DNA of 46,291 nucleotides from Gammaproteobacteria bacterium (lineage in GTDB: Bacteria; Pseudomonadota; Gammaproteobacteria; SpSt-1174): positions 1 through 46,291 of the forward strand of contig JAJLKJ010000004.1 in NCBI GenBank assembly GCA_033839185.1, read 5' to 3'. Under the pieces are notes generated by a model. That model did not search any database. It was not told the DNA's origin and saw nothing but the letters and a program-made list of their open reading frames with translations. Within the stretch, counting starts at the first letter, position 1; each line of letters opens with the position of its first letter. Shown one piece after another: positions 1 through 13,801 of the stretch. The translations under genes and the position numbers were made by a program.

Positions 1-2069
<2,069 letters not shown>

Positions 2070-2196
2070 GGGTTTACCGAATGCAGTGGCTCGTGGGCGG
2101 AGCGTGTTGACCAGTCAAATCCCACCGGCTCGGGGGGAGGCTGGCGAAACGGCCCAGTGTACTACACAAACGCCACGGGATTGATCCGCGCCCACT

Positions 2197-2220
2197 GGAT
2201 TCCCGCCTGCGCAGGAATGG
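2197..2220. repeat. short GC-rich hairpin of the type that translates as IPACAGM (GGATTCCCGCCTGCGCAGGAATGG)
   Basis: ATTCC...GGAAT flanks the 10-bp palindrome CCTGCGCAGG, in the uvrA / MFS divergent spacer. Confidence 0.4.
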
Positions 2221-2358
2221 CCGGGGAGAGGGCCGTCCATCTCCCCGCGCGCCTCCCGTCCCAGATGCCATGCTGCGGGGGGAAACTTGTTAAGATACGC
2301 CTCCCGCGATCTCCCCAGGCATAAAGGAAAGGCTTTGAAGTCCGGTTATTCCGACCAG

Positions 2359-3711
2359 ATGACCCCGCGCGAGAGGCGCGCCGCGTTCTCGCTGGGCAGT
2401 GTGTATGCCGTGCGCATGCTCGGCCTGTTCATGATCCTGCCCGTGTTCGCCCTCTATGCCGAGGGCCTGGCCGGCGTCACGCCCTTCCTGGTGGGCATGG
2501 CGCTGGGCGTCTACGGCTTCACCCAGGCGGCCTTCCAGCTGCCGCTGGGCATGCTCTCCGACCGCCTGGGCCGCAAGCCGGTGATCATCGGGGGGCTGAT
2601 CGTCTTCACCCTGGGCAGCGTGCTGGCCGCCACCGCCGATTCCATCCACGGCGTCATCCTCGGCCGCGCCCTGCAGGGCGCCGGGGCCGTGGCGGCCGCC
2701 CTCATGGCCCTGGCCGCCGACCTCACCCGGGAGGAGCATCGTGCCAAGGCCATGGCCGTCATCGGCATGAGCATCGGCATTGCCTTCGCCGTGGCCATGA
2801 TCGGCGGCCCGGTCCTGGATCGCTGGATCGGCGTGCCCGGCATCTTCTGGATCACCGCCGTGATGGCCGTGATCGCCATCGGCATCATCGCCTTCGTCGT
2901 CCCGCGTCCGGCCGCCGTGCGCTTTCATCGCGACGCGCAGACCGAGCCCGCCAGCCTCGGTGGTGTGCTGCGCGACGGTCAGCTGCTGCGCCTGGACCTG
3001 GGGATCTTCGTCCTGCACATGAGCATGATGGCCAACTTCATCGTCATCCCGCCGCTGCTGGTCGGGTCCGGCCTGCCGGGCGCCCAGCACTGGCTCATCT
3101 ACCTGCCGGTGCTGGTCATCGCCTTCCTGGCCATGATCCCGTTCATCATCGTGGCCGAGAAGCACCGGCGCATGAAGCCCGTGTTCCTGGGCGCCATTGC
3201 CCTGCTGGGCGTGGCCCAGATCGCCTACCTGCTGGTCGACGGCCTGGCCGGGCTCGCCGTGGCCCTGTTCCTGTATTTCTGGGCCTTCATCGTGCTCGAG
3301 GCCTCGCTGCCCTCGCTGGTGGCCAAGTTCGCCCCGCCGGACCGCAAGGGCACCGCCATGGGCGTGTATTCCACCGCGCAGTTCCTCGGCATCTTCGTCG
3401 GTGGTGCGGCGGGCGGGGCCCTGGCAGGCCGTTTCGGCGCCGACGGCGTGTTCTGGTTCACCAGCCTGAGCATGGCGCTCTGGCTGCTGGTGGCGGCCAC
3501 CATGCGCCACCCGCGGTATCTCTCCAGCTACCTGCTCAACGTCGGCCCCATGGATGCCGCCCGGGCCCGCGATCTCGTGCGGCGCCTCACCGCCGTGCGG
3601 GGCGTGGCCGAGGCCGTCATCGCCCACGAGGAGGGCGTGGCCTACCTCAAGGTCGAGCGCCATGCACTGGACGAACAGGGTTTGCGTGAATTCTCGGCGA
3701 GCCCTGCGTAG
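2359..3711 (+). CDS. MFS transporter with a ~70-aa soluble C-terminal extension
   Basis: ORF 2287..3711. Multi-pass hydrophobic profile with the MFS loop motif GMLSDRLGRKP. The ATG at 2359 (MTPRERRAAFSLG) is preferred over the TTG at 2287. Sits in the uvrA / MFS-ssb position seen in pseudomonads. Confidence 0.8.
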   Translation: MTPRERRAAFSLGSVYAVRMLGLFMILPVFALYAEGLAGVTPFLVGMALGVYGFTQAAFQLPLGMLSDRLGRKPVIIGGLIVFTLGSVLAATADSIHGVILGRALQGAGAVAAALMALAADLTREEHRAKAMAVIGMSIGIAFAVAMIGGPVLDRWIGVPGIFWITAVMAVIAIGIIAFVVPRPAAVRFHRDAQTEPASLGGVLRDGQLLRLDLGIFVLHMSMMANFIVIPPLLVGSGLPGAQHWLIYLPVLVIAFLAMIPFIIVAEKHRRMKPVFLGAIALLGVAQIAYLLVDGLAGLAVALFLYFWAFIVLEASLPSLVAKFAPPDRKGTAMGVYSTAQFLGIFVGGAAGGALAGRFGADGVFWFTSLSMALWLLVAATMRHPRYLSSYLLNVGPMDAARARDLVRRLTAVRGVAEAVIAHEEGVAYLKVERHALDEQGLREFSASPA

Positions 3712-3756
3712 AATTGGCCGATCAGCATCAACGCATCTCAAGAAGAGGGGAGACAC

Positions 3757-4230
3757 ATGGCACGCGGAGTAAACAAGGTCATCCTGGTCGGCAACCTGGG
3801 TAACGACCCCGAAGTGAAGTACATGCCCAGCGGCGGCGCCGTCACCAACATCTCCCTGGCCACGACCGACCAGTGGAAGGACAAGAACACCGGCGAGCGC
3901 CAGGAACGCACCGAGTGGCACCGCGTGGTCTTCTTCAACCGCCTGGCCGAGATCGCCGGCGAATACCTGCGCAAGGGCTCCCAGGTCTACGTCGAAGGCC
4001 GCCTGCAAACCCGCAAGTGGCAGGGCCAGGACGGCCAGGACCGCTACACCACCGAGATCGTCGCCTCCGAGATGCAGATGCTCGGCGGCGGTGCCGGCGG
4101 CGGGCGCGGTGGCGATGCCCCCTACGACGCCGCCCCCCAGGGCCGCGGCGGCCAGTCGTCCGCCCCGTCCCAGGCCCCGAGCCAGCCGGCGCCCTCGATG
4201 GATGACTTCGACGACGACATCCCGTTCTAG
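3757..4230 (+). CDS. ssb: single-stranded DNA-binding protein
   Basis: [60 protein letters not shown], then a Gly/Pro/Gln-rich linker and the canonical acidic tip DDDIPF. SD GAGGGGAG lies upstream. Confidence 0.96.
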   Translation: MARGVNKVILVGNLGNDPEVKYMPSGGAVTNISLATTDQWKDKNTGERQERTEWHRVVFFNRLAEIAGEYLRKGSQVYVEGRLQTRKWQGQDGQDRYTTEIVASEMQMLGGGAGGGRGGDAPYDAAPQGRGGQSSAPSQAPSQPAPSMDDFDDDIPF

Positions 4231-4272
4231 CCTTCACCCGTCGGCGGCAGGCCAGACCTGCCGCCCCGATGA

Positions 4273-4320
4273 GACGGCAGCCACGATGATCGGCGCCGGC
4301 TGCCGTCCTGTCGTCTTCTT
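4273..4320 (+). terminator. possible intrinsic terminator after ssb
   Basis: GACGGCAGCC (4273-4282) pairs with GGCTGCCGTC (4298-4307), followed by a pyrimidine-rich CTGTCGTCTTCTTCT. There is no clean U-tract. Confidence 0.35.
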
Positions 4321-4331
4321 CTCCCGCCTTG

Positions 4332-4337
4332 TATAAT
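4332..4337 (+). promoter_or_regulatory. consensus -10 hexamer TATAAT, 6 nt before the miaB ATG
   Basis: TATAATcccgcgATG. No SD and no good -35. Confidence 0.3.
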
Positions 4338-4343
4338 CCCGCG

Positions 4344-5711
4344 ATGGCAAAGAAAGTCTTTATCCAGACCCATGGCTGTCAGATGAACGAGTACGATTCG
4401 GCGAAGATGCTGGACGTGCTCAATGCCTCTGAGGGCATGGAGCTTGCGCAGTCCGCCGAGGAGGCGGACGTGCTGCTGTTGAATACCTGCTCCATCCGGG
4501 AAAAGGCCCAGGAGAAGGTGTTCTCACTGCTCGGCAAGTGGAAGGCGCTGAAGGACGGCAAGCCCGGCCTGGTGATCGGCGTGGGCGGCTGCGTGGCGAG
4601 CCAGGAAGGCGAGGCGCTGCGCGAGCGGGCGCCCTGCGTGGACGTGGTCTTCGGGCCGCAGACCCTGCACCGTCTGCCGGAGATGCTCGAGGGCGTGCGC
4701 CGTTTCCACCTGCCCGTCGTCGATATCTCCTTCCCGGAGATCGAGAAGTTCGACAACCTGCCGGAGCCGCGCGCCGAGGGTCCCACGGCCTTCGTCTCGG
4801 TGATGGAGGGCTGTTCGAAGTACTGCACCTTCTGCGTGGTGCCCTATACCCGTGGCGAGGAGATCAGCCGGCCGTTCGACGACGTGATTGCCGAGGTGGT
4901 GCAGCTCGCGGCCCAGGGCGTGCGCGAGGTGAACCTGCTCGGCCAGAACGTGAACGCCTACCGCGGGCGCATGCACGATGGCGAGATCGCCGACCTGGCC
5001 CTGCTGATCCACTACGTGGCGGCCATCGACGGCATCGACCGCATCCGCTTCACCACCTCCCATCCGGTGGAGTTCTCCGATTCCCTGATCCAGGCCTTCG
5101 CCGAGGTGCCGCAGCTCGTCAGCCACCTGCACCTGCCGGTGCAGAGCGGCTCGGACCGCATCCTCGCGGCGATGAAGCGCGGCCACACGGCGCTGGAGTA
5201 CAAGCAGAAGATCCGCCGCCTGCGCGAGGCGCGGCCCGGGATCAGCCTGTCGTCGGACTTCATCGTCGGCTTCCCGGGCGAGACCGACGCCGATTTCGAG
5301 GCCACCATGAAGCTCATCGAGGACATCGGCTTCGATACCTCCTTCAGCTTCATCTACAGCCGCCGTCCCGGCACGCCGGCCTCGTCCCTGCCGGACGACG
5401 TGCCGCTGGAGGCGAAGAAGGCCCGCCTGGCGCGCCTGCAGGCACGCATCCTGGAGATGGCCGAGGCCATCAGCCAGTCCATGGTCGGTACGGTGCAGTC
5501 CGTGCTGGTCGAGCGCCCCTCGCGCAAGGACCCGAAACAGCTCGCCGGCCGTACCGAGAACAACCGCGTGGTCAATTTCGACGGCCACGAGCGCCTGATC
5601 GGCCGCTTCGTCGACGTGCGCATCACCGAGGCCCTGCCGAACTCCCTGCGGGGCGAGGTGGTGGCGGTCGAGGATGTCGCGACCGGTGAGCGCGTGGCCG
5701 TAACCGCTTGA
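4344..5711 (+). CDS. miaB: tRNA-2-methylthio-N6-dimethylallyladenosine synthase (radical SAM methylthiotransferase)
   Basis: [22 protein letters not shown] matches the MiaB N-terminus. Radical SAM motif CSKYCTFC and a TRAM-like C-terminus are present. The ATG at 4344 is preferred over the TTG at 4329. Confidence 0.93.
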   Translation: MAKKVFIQTHGCQMNEYDSAKMLDVLNASEGMELAQSAEEADVLLLNTCSIREKAQEKVFSLLGKWKALKDGKPGLVIGVGGCVASQEGEALRERAPCVDVVFGPQTLHRLPEMLEGVRRFHLPVVDISFPEIEKFDNLPEPRAEGPTAFVSVMEGCSKYCTFCVVPYTRGEEISRPFDDVIAEVVQLAAQGVREVNLLGQNVNAYRGRMHDGEIADLALLIHYVAAIDGIDRIRFTTSHPVEFSDSLIQAFAEVPQLVSHLHLPVQSGSDRILAAMKRGHTALEYKQKIRRLREARPGISLSSDFIVGFPGETDADFEATMKLIEDIGFDTSFSFIYSRRPGTPASSLPDDVPLEAKKARLARLQARILEMAEAISQSMVGTVQSVLVERPSRKDPKQLAGRTENNRVVNFDGHERLIGRFVDVRITEALPNSLRGEVVAVEDVATGERVAVTA

Positions 5712-5743
5712 ATCTGTGTGATGAATCCCCACCTGTAGCCGTA

Positions 5744-5816
5744 GGAGCGCTGCGAGGCGCGATTGCCCGGGCCGACCGTGATCGCGCCTTCGCCCAGAGG
5801 GCACAAACAGCGCTCC
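5744..5816. repeat. REP-like long imperfect hairpin downstream of miaB
   Basis: GGAGCGCTG (5744-5752) pairs with CAGCGCTCC (5808-5816). Inner GAGGCGCGAT (5754-5763) pairs with ATCGCGCCTT (5781-5790). It is preceded by GTAG. Confidence 0.5.
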
Positions 5817-5878
5817 CATGTTAATCATCACGTATACTCGACCCATCGCTCCGATATTTCCTGCAGGTAATCCGCTCC

Positions 5879-6886
5879 TTGGCTCAGATCCAGACTGAAA
5901 CCGTCCTCGACGACCACCCGAGTTCCGTGGCCGTGACCCTCGAACCCGCCGACAATGCCCGCCTGGCCAATCTCTGCGGCCAGTTCGACGAGCATCTGCG
6001 CCAGCTGGAGCGGCGTCTGGGCGTGGAGATCAACAACCGCGCGAACCACTTCAACATCATCGGTGAACACCGCCCCGCACAGGCGGCGGGCGAGCTGCTG
6101 CGCGACCTGTACCGCGCGACCCGCGAGGAGCAGCTCAGCCCGGAGCGGGTACACCTGTGGCTGCAGGAGTCCGGCGTGGAGCAGCTGCTGGAGCAGCGGG
6201 CCGAGGCGAAGGAGGACTTCACCCTGCGCATCAAGCGCGGCAACATCCGCGCGCGCGGGCCGAGCCAGGCGCGGTATCTCAAGTCCATCCAGTCGCACGA
6301 CCTGGTGTTCGGTGTGGGCCCGGCCGGCACCGGCAAGACCTACCTGGCCGTGGCGGCCGCCGTGGAGGCGCTGGAGAGCGACATGGTGCGCCGCCTGGTG
6401 CTGGTGCGCCCGGCGGTGGAGGCCGGCGAGCGTCTGGGCTTCCTGCCCGGGGACCTCGCGCAGAAGATCGACCCCTATCTGCGGCCCATGTACGACGCGC
6501 TCTACGAGATGCTGGGCTTCGAGAAGGTGGCCAAGCTCATCGAGCGCAACATCATCGAGGTGGCACCGCTGGCCTACATGCGCGGACGCACGCTGAACGA
6601 CGCCTTCATCCTGCTGGACGAGGCGCAGAACACCACGGTGGAGCAGATGAAGATGTTCCTCACCCGCATCGGCTTCGGCTCCACGGCCGTGGTCACGGGC
6701 GACGTGACCCAGGTCGACCTCCCGCGCAACCAGCAGTCCGGCCTGCGGCACGTGATCGAGGTGCTGAAGGATGTGGACGGCGTGAGTTTCAGCTTCTTCA
6801 CCGCCCACGATGTGGTGCGCCACCCGCTGGTGCAGCGCATCGTGCAGGCCTACGACCGCTCGGAGCAGGGCGAAGGCCAGGCATGA
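5879..6886 (+). CDS. ybeZ: PhoH-family ATPase (YbeZ-like)
   Basis: [10 protein letters not shown]...[10 protein letters not shown] and Walker [14 protein letters not shown]. Conserved position between miaB and ybeY. The start is uncertain: TTG at 5879, or GTG at 5927/5933. Confidence 0.87.
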   Translation: MAQIQTETVLDDHPSSVAVTLEPADNARLANLCGQFDEHLRQLERRLGVEINNRANHFNIIGEHRPAQAAGELLRDLYRATREEQLSPERVHLWLQESGVEQLLEQRAEAKEDFTLRIKRGNIRARGPSQARYLKSIQSHDLVFGVGPAGTGKTYLAVAAAVEALESDMVRRLVLVRPAVEAGERLGFLPGDLAQKIDPYLRPMYDALYEMLGFEKVAKLIERNIIEVAPLAYMRGRTLNDAFILLDEAQNTTVEQMKMFLTRIGFGSTAVVTGDVTQVDLPRNQQSGLRHVIEVLKDVDGVSFSFFTAHDVVRHPLVQRIVQAYDRSEQGEGQA

Positions 6887-7341
6887 GCCGGCTCGCCGTG
6901 GAAGTGCAGGACGCCGCTGCCGGCGCGCGACCTGCCGATGCCGATCTCGCCCGTTGGGCCGAGGCGGCCTGGCGCGGGGAGGGCGGGGCCGAGGTGGTCA
7001 TCCGCCTGGTCGAGGCCGACGAGAGCCAGGCGCTCAACCGCGACTACCGCGGCAAGGACCGGCCCACCAACGTGCTCTCCTTTCCCTTCGAGGCCCCGCC
7101 GGGCCTGCCCGCCGAGGACCTCGGCGGTTACCTGGGCGATCTCGTCATCTGCACCCCGGTGGTGCAGGCCGAGGCCCGCGAACAGGGCAAGAGCGAAGCA
7201 AGCCACTGGGCGCACATGGTGGTGCACGGCCTGCTGCACCTGCAGGGCTACGACCACATCGACGAGGCCGAGGCCGAGGCGATGGAGACGATTGAAAAGG
7301 AAATTCTGGCTGGTTTAGGCTTTGCCGATCCTTACTGCTGA
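6883..7341 (+). CDS. ybeY: rRNA maturation endoribonuclease YbeY
   Basis: Metal-binding motif [11 protein letters not shown]. The ATG at 6883 overlaps the ybeZ stop (ATGA). 152 aa. Confidence 0.9.
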   Translation: MSRLAVEVQDAAAGARPADADLARWAEAAWRGEGGAEVVIRLVEADESQALNRDYRGKDRPTNVLSFPFEAPPGLPAEDLGGYLGDLVICTPVVQAEAREQGKSEASHWAHMVVHGLLHLQGYDHIDEAEAEAMETIEKEILAGLGFADPYC

Positions 7342-7350
7342 GACCTTTTT

Positions 7351-7503
7351 GGCCACAGAGGGCACAGAGTTCACAGAGGGGTTCGCGTGGTTTCGCAGGA
7401 TAAACCCTTTCTAGCGCAGCCCGATCTGCACCTGTTGATGACAGGCCCTGTGTAGTTGATTGGCCTGAGTTTTGCCTCTGTGGTCTCTGTGCCCTCTGTG
7501 GCG
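7351..7503. repeat. CACAGAG-family palindromic element, copy A (29-nt arms, 95-nt spacer)
   Basis: GGCCACAGAGGGCACAGAGTTCACAGAGG (7351-7379) versus CCTCTGTGGTCTCTGTGCCCTCTGTGGCG (7475-7503). The arms are reverse complements apart from about 3 positions. Confidence 0.88.
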
Positions 7504-7537
7504 AATAGACAGTTTCCAATACGGATAGACTTACATC

Positions 7538-8410
7538 ATGAAAGAAGACCGACCTAGTACCTCTTCCTCCCAGTCGCGCTGGCTGGATCGCCTGAGCCAG
7601 GTGTTGCTGGGGGAGCCCCGGGACCGTGAGCAGTTGATCGAGTTGTTGCGCGGCGCGCAGCAGCGGGAGCTGCTGGATATGGATGCGCTCGCCATGATCG
7701 AGGGCGTCTTGCAGGTCTCGGAGATGCAGGTACGGGACATCATGATCCCGCGCTCGCAGATGGTGGTGGTGGAGCAGGATGCGCGGGTGGCGGAGATGCT
7801 GCCGGTGATCATCGACTCGGCCCATTCGCGTTTCCCCGTGGTGGGCGACAGTCGCGACGACGTGGAGGGCATCCTGCTGGCCAAGGACCTGCTGCGGTTT
7901 TATGCGGCGGAGCAGCGCGAGGAGGACTTCGACATCCAGGACTACCTGCGGCCGGCGGTCTTCATCCCCGAGAGCAAGCGCCTCAATGTGCTGCTCAACG
8001 AGTTCCGCAACAGCCACAACCACATGGCCATCGTGGTGGACGAGTACGGCGGCGTGTCGGGCCTGGTGACCATCGAGGACGTGCTGGAGCAGATCGTCGG
8101 CGAGATCGACGACGAGCATGACATCGTCGACGATGGCCACGACATCCTGCGTCACACCGACAACCGCTATACGGTGAAGGCGCTCACGCCGATCGACGAG
8201 TTCAACGAATACTTCGGCACCGAGTACAGCGACGAGGAATTCGACACCATCGGCGGTCTGCTGATGAACCGCTTCGGCCACGTGCCCAAGCGTGGCGAGG
8301 AGATCACGGTCGATCGCTTCGACTTCAAGGTGCTGCGCGCCGACAATCGTCGCATCCACCTGCTGCAGCTCAGCCTGCGGGCCAACGGCGGCGACGAGCC
8401 CGAGGCCTGA
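7538..8410 (+). CDS. corC: CBS-domain Mg/Co efflux-associated protein (CorC/YbeX, HlyC/CorC family)
   Basis: VRDIMIPRSQM, SAHSRFPV, HMAIVVDEYGGVSGLVTIEDVLEQIVGEI and a CorC_HlyC C-terminal region. Lies downstream of ybeY as in E. coli. Confidence 0.88.
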   Translation: MKEDRPSTSSSQSRWLDRLSQVLLGEPRDREQLIELLRGAQQRELLDMDALAMIEGVLQVSEMQVRDIMIPRSQMVVVEQDARVAEMLPVIIDSAHSRFPVVGDSRDDVEGILLAKDLLRFYAAEQREEDFDIQDYLRPAVFIPESKRLNVLLNEFRNSHNHMAIVVDEYGGVSGLVTIEDVLEQIVGEIDDEHDIVDDGHDILRHTDNRYTVKALTPIDEFNEYFGTEYSDEEFDTIGGLLMNRFGHVPKRGEEITVDRFDFKVLRADNRRIHLLQLSLRANGGDEPEA

Positions 8411-8416
8411 TCCGGC

Positions 8417-9925
8417 ATGAACTGGCTGCAGTGGCTCGCGGCCCGGCCGCGACTGGGTGACCTGCTCGCGCTCGCGGCCGGCGCCCTGCTGCCGCTGGCC
8501 TTCGCCCCCTTCGAATGGCGGCTGCTGTCCGTCCTCTCACCCGCGCTGCTGTTCCTGCTGTGGCTGCAGATCTCCCCGCGGCGCGCCTTCTGGCGCGGCT
8601 ATCTGTTCGGTCTGGGGCAGTTCGGGGTGGGCGTGTCCTGGGTGTACAACAGCATCCATCTCTTCGGTAACGCGGTGGCGCCGCTGGCCGGGCTGTTCAC
8701 CGCGCTGTTCATCGCCGTGCTGGCGCTTTATCCCGCCATCATCGGCAGCCTGATGGTGCGCCTTGGCCGCCGCTTCAGCCTGGGTGCGGCGGCGCTGCTG
8801 GTGGCACTGCCCTTCGGCTGGGTGCTCCACGAGTGGGTGCGCGGCTGGCTCTTCACGGGCTTTCCCTGGCTGCTGCTCGGTCATCCGCAGGTCGACTCCT
8901 GGCTGATGGGCTATGTGCCGGTGCTCGGTGCCTATGGCGCGAGCCTGGTGGCGGCGCTGCTGGCCGCGGGGCTGGCCGGTCTGCTGGTGCTGCCCGGTCG
9001 GCGGCGCTGGCTGGCCGGCGGCGGCGTCGCGGCCCTGGTCCTGGGCGGTCTGCTGCTGGCGGCGCTGTCCTGGACACGACCGGTCGGCGAGACGCTGAGC
9101 GTGAGCATCGTGCAGCCGTCCATTGCGCAGGAGGACAAGTGGCGGCGTGAGCAGTTCCAGCCAACCCTGGAGATCTACGAAAAGCTCACCCGCGCGCACT
9201 TCGGCCGCGACGTGATCGTGTGGCCGGAGTCGGCCATCCCCGCCACCTTCGGGCAGGTGGCCGCGGACTACCTGCGACCACTGGCCGCCGATGCCCATGT
9301 CCACGGGACGGCGCTGGTCACCGGTATCTTCGTGCGGGATCCGCAGGACGGCACCTACTACAACAGCCTGGTCGTGCTGGATGGCGAGATCGACGTCTAC
9401 CACAAGCGGCACCTCGTCCCCTTCGGCGAGTACACGCCGCTGCGCGGACTGCTGGGCTGGCTGGACCGCTTCGTCGTCATTCCCATGTCCGACCTGGGCA
9501 CCGGCACCGGCCGGCCGCTGCTCCAGGTCAACGGCCACCCCGTCGGCGCCTCGATCTGCTACGAGGACGCCTTCGGCGAGGAGGTGATCGAGGCCCTGCC
9601 GGAGGCGGCCTATCTCATCAACGTCAGCAACGACGCCTGGTTCGGTGACAGCCTCGCCCCCTGGCAGCATCTCGAGCTCGCGCGCATGCGCGCCCTGGAG
9701 AGCGGGCGCTGGATGGTGCGTGCCACCAACACGGGGGTGTCCGCCGTGATCGACGCCCGCGGGCGGCTGGTCGCCGTCTCGCCCCAGTTCGAGCGGCATG
9801 TGCTCAATGCCGAGATACAGCCCTACGAGGGCATGACGCCCTATGCCCGCTGGGGGAACTGGCCGGTGGTGGGGCTGGCGGTTCTGGTGCTGGGGCTGCT
9901 GGCCGCCCTGCGGTGGAGGCGGTGA
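8417..9925 (+). CDS. lnt: apolipoprotein N-acyltransferase
   Basis: Multi-pass N-terminus followed by a nitrilase-like domain with WPESA and ICYEDAFGEE. Conserved position after corC. Confidence 0.9.
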   Translation: MNWLQWLAARPRLGDLLALAAGALLPLAFAPFEWRLLSVLSPALLFLLWLQISPRRAFWRGYLFGLGQFGVGVSWVYNSIHLFGNAVAPLAGLFTALFIAVLALYPAIIGSLMVRLGRRFSLGAAALLVALPFGWVLHEWVRGWLFTGFPWLLLGHPQVDSWLMGYVPVLGAYGASLVAALLAAGLAGLLVLPGRRRWLAGGGVAALVLGGLLLAALSWTRPVGETLSVSIVQPSIAQEDKWRREQFQPTLEIYEKLTRAHFGRDVIVWPESAIPATFGQVAADYLRPLAADAHVHGTALVTGIFVRDPQDGTYYNSLVVLDGEIDVYHKRHLVPFGEYTPLRGLLGWLDRFVVIPMSDLGTGTGRPLLQVNGHPVGASICYEDAFGEEVIEALPEAAYLINVSNDAWFGDSLAPWQHLELARMRALESGRWMVRATNTGVSAVIDARGRLVAVSPQFERHVLNAEIQPYEGMTPYARWGNWPVVGLAVLVLGLLAALRWRR

Positions 9926-9951
9926 GGCGGGGCCCTGTCGGGCCGTTCATA

Positions 9952-10036
9952 GTCCGTGGTCCGTTGTGAAACCCAGGGTGCGTATCCGCTATGCCCCATC
10001 CGGACTGCTGAAGTGGAGTCTCAACGGACCACGGAC
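9952..10036. repeat. heptamer-stem hairpin (15-bp perfect inverted repeat, 55-nt loop) between convergent lnt and the DUF1451 gene
   Basis: GTCCGTGGTCCGTTG (9952-9966) versus CAACGGACCACGGAC (10022-10036). The stem is itself a tandem heptamer, GTCCGTG GTCCGTT. Confidence 0.8.
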
Positions 10037-10041
10037 CGCTT

Positions 10042-10560
10042 TCAGGGCCTCTTGCGGGTGAAGGTGGTGGCGTGGCACCGGGGGCAGGGCGGGACGTGGC
10101 CGGCCTTCTTGAAGTGCAGTTCCTCGCCGCATTCGCTGCAGGTGAGGGTGCCGGGGCCGGTGATCTCGCCGGTCTGGTAGATGTTGGCGACCTGGGCGCG
10201 GGCGGCGATCTCGGCGAGTTCGACGCGGGTACGGTCGGCCACGGAGGTGATGAGGTCGAGCAGGTTGGCCTCGATCAGTTCCAGGTCCATGTGGAACCAG
10301 GTGCCGATGTCCTCGCCACTCTCGTGCAGGTAGGCGCCGATCTCGGCGAGGTCGCGCCGGATGTACTCGGCGATCTCCTCGGCCTCCTCGCGGGTGGCCT
10401 CCCCGAGCTCGACGCTCTTCTCGCGAGCCGTCTCCAGGGCATGCTCGATGCGCGGGCGGGTCTTTTCCTCCGCCTCCTCGATGGAATGCTTCAGCCGCTC
10501 CATCATCCGGTGATAGAGATCGAGGCGGTGCTCTTCGTGCGGCTTCTGGTGGTCGGTCAT
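10042..10560 (-). CDS. zinc-ribbon-containing protein (DUF1451-like)
   Basis: 172-aa acidic helical protein ending in CSECG...PPCPRCH (CxxC...CxxC). The same lnt / leuS neighbourhood is seen in pseudomonads. Confidence 0.7.
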   Translation of the reverse strand: MTDHQKPHEEHRLDLYHRMMERLKHSIEEAEEKTRPRIEHALETAREKSVELGEATREEAEEIAEYIRRDLAEIGAYLHESGEDIGTWFHMDLELIEANLLDLITSVADRTRVELAEIAARAQVANIYQTGEITGPGTLTCSECGEELHFKKAGHVPPCPRCHATTFTRKRP

Positions 10561-10593
10561 CGCAAACGCTCCTGTCTGATGGTTGCCTTATAG

Positions 10594-13305
<2,712 letters not shown>

Positions 13306-13306
13306 G

Positions 13307-13801
13307 GTGTCGCGTTACGTGCCGCGCCTGGTGTTCGTGCTGCTCGCCGTCCTGCTGGCGGCCGGCTGCGGTTTCCAGTTGCGCGGCGCGGCCAACCTGC
13401 CGCCCGAGATGGCGCGCACCTACATCAGCGGCCTGGATGCGCGCGACGTCCTGTTCCTGGAGCTCAAGCGCCAGCTGCGCGCCATGGGCGTCGAGGTGGT
13501 GGATGGGCCCGAGCAGGCCACCGCGCAGTTGCGATTCCTGGAGCGGCGCGATACACGCCGCGTACTCTCGGTCGGCAATCAGGCCACGGTGCGCGAATAC
13601 GAGCTCATGACCAGCGTCCGCTTCGATGCGCGCGGCATCGGCAACGACTTTCGTCGAGACCCCGTCACCCTGACCGCCACCCGCGAACTCAGCTTCGACG
13701 AGACCAACGTCCACAGCACCGCCGGCGAGGAGGCCCTGCTGCGCGAGGACATGCAGCGGGACATGGTGCAGCGCGTGTTGCGCCGGCTGGAGACGCACTG
13801 A
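13307..13801 (+). CDS. lptE: LPS-assembly lipoprotein LptE
   Basis: Lipobox LLAAGCGFQLRG, ~160 aa, immediately downstream of leuS (GTG 1 nt after the leuS stop). Confidence 0.78.
   Translation: MSRYVPRLVFVLLAVLLAAGCGFQLRGAANLPPEMARTYISGLDARDVLFLELKRQLRAMGVEVVDGPEQATAQLRFLERRDTRRVLSVGNQATVREYELMTSVRFDARGIGNDFRRDPVTLTATRELSFDETNVHSTAGEEALLREDMQRDMVQRVLRRLETH

Noticed and set aside
2290-4008. 572-aa minus-strand ORF spanning the MFS gene and the start of ssb
   Set aside because: Low-complexity G/A/D/H-rich translation antisense to two well-supported genes. It is a compositional artefact.
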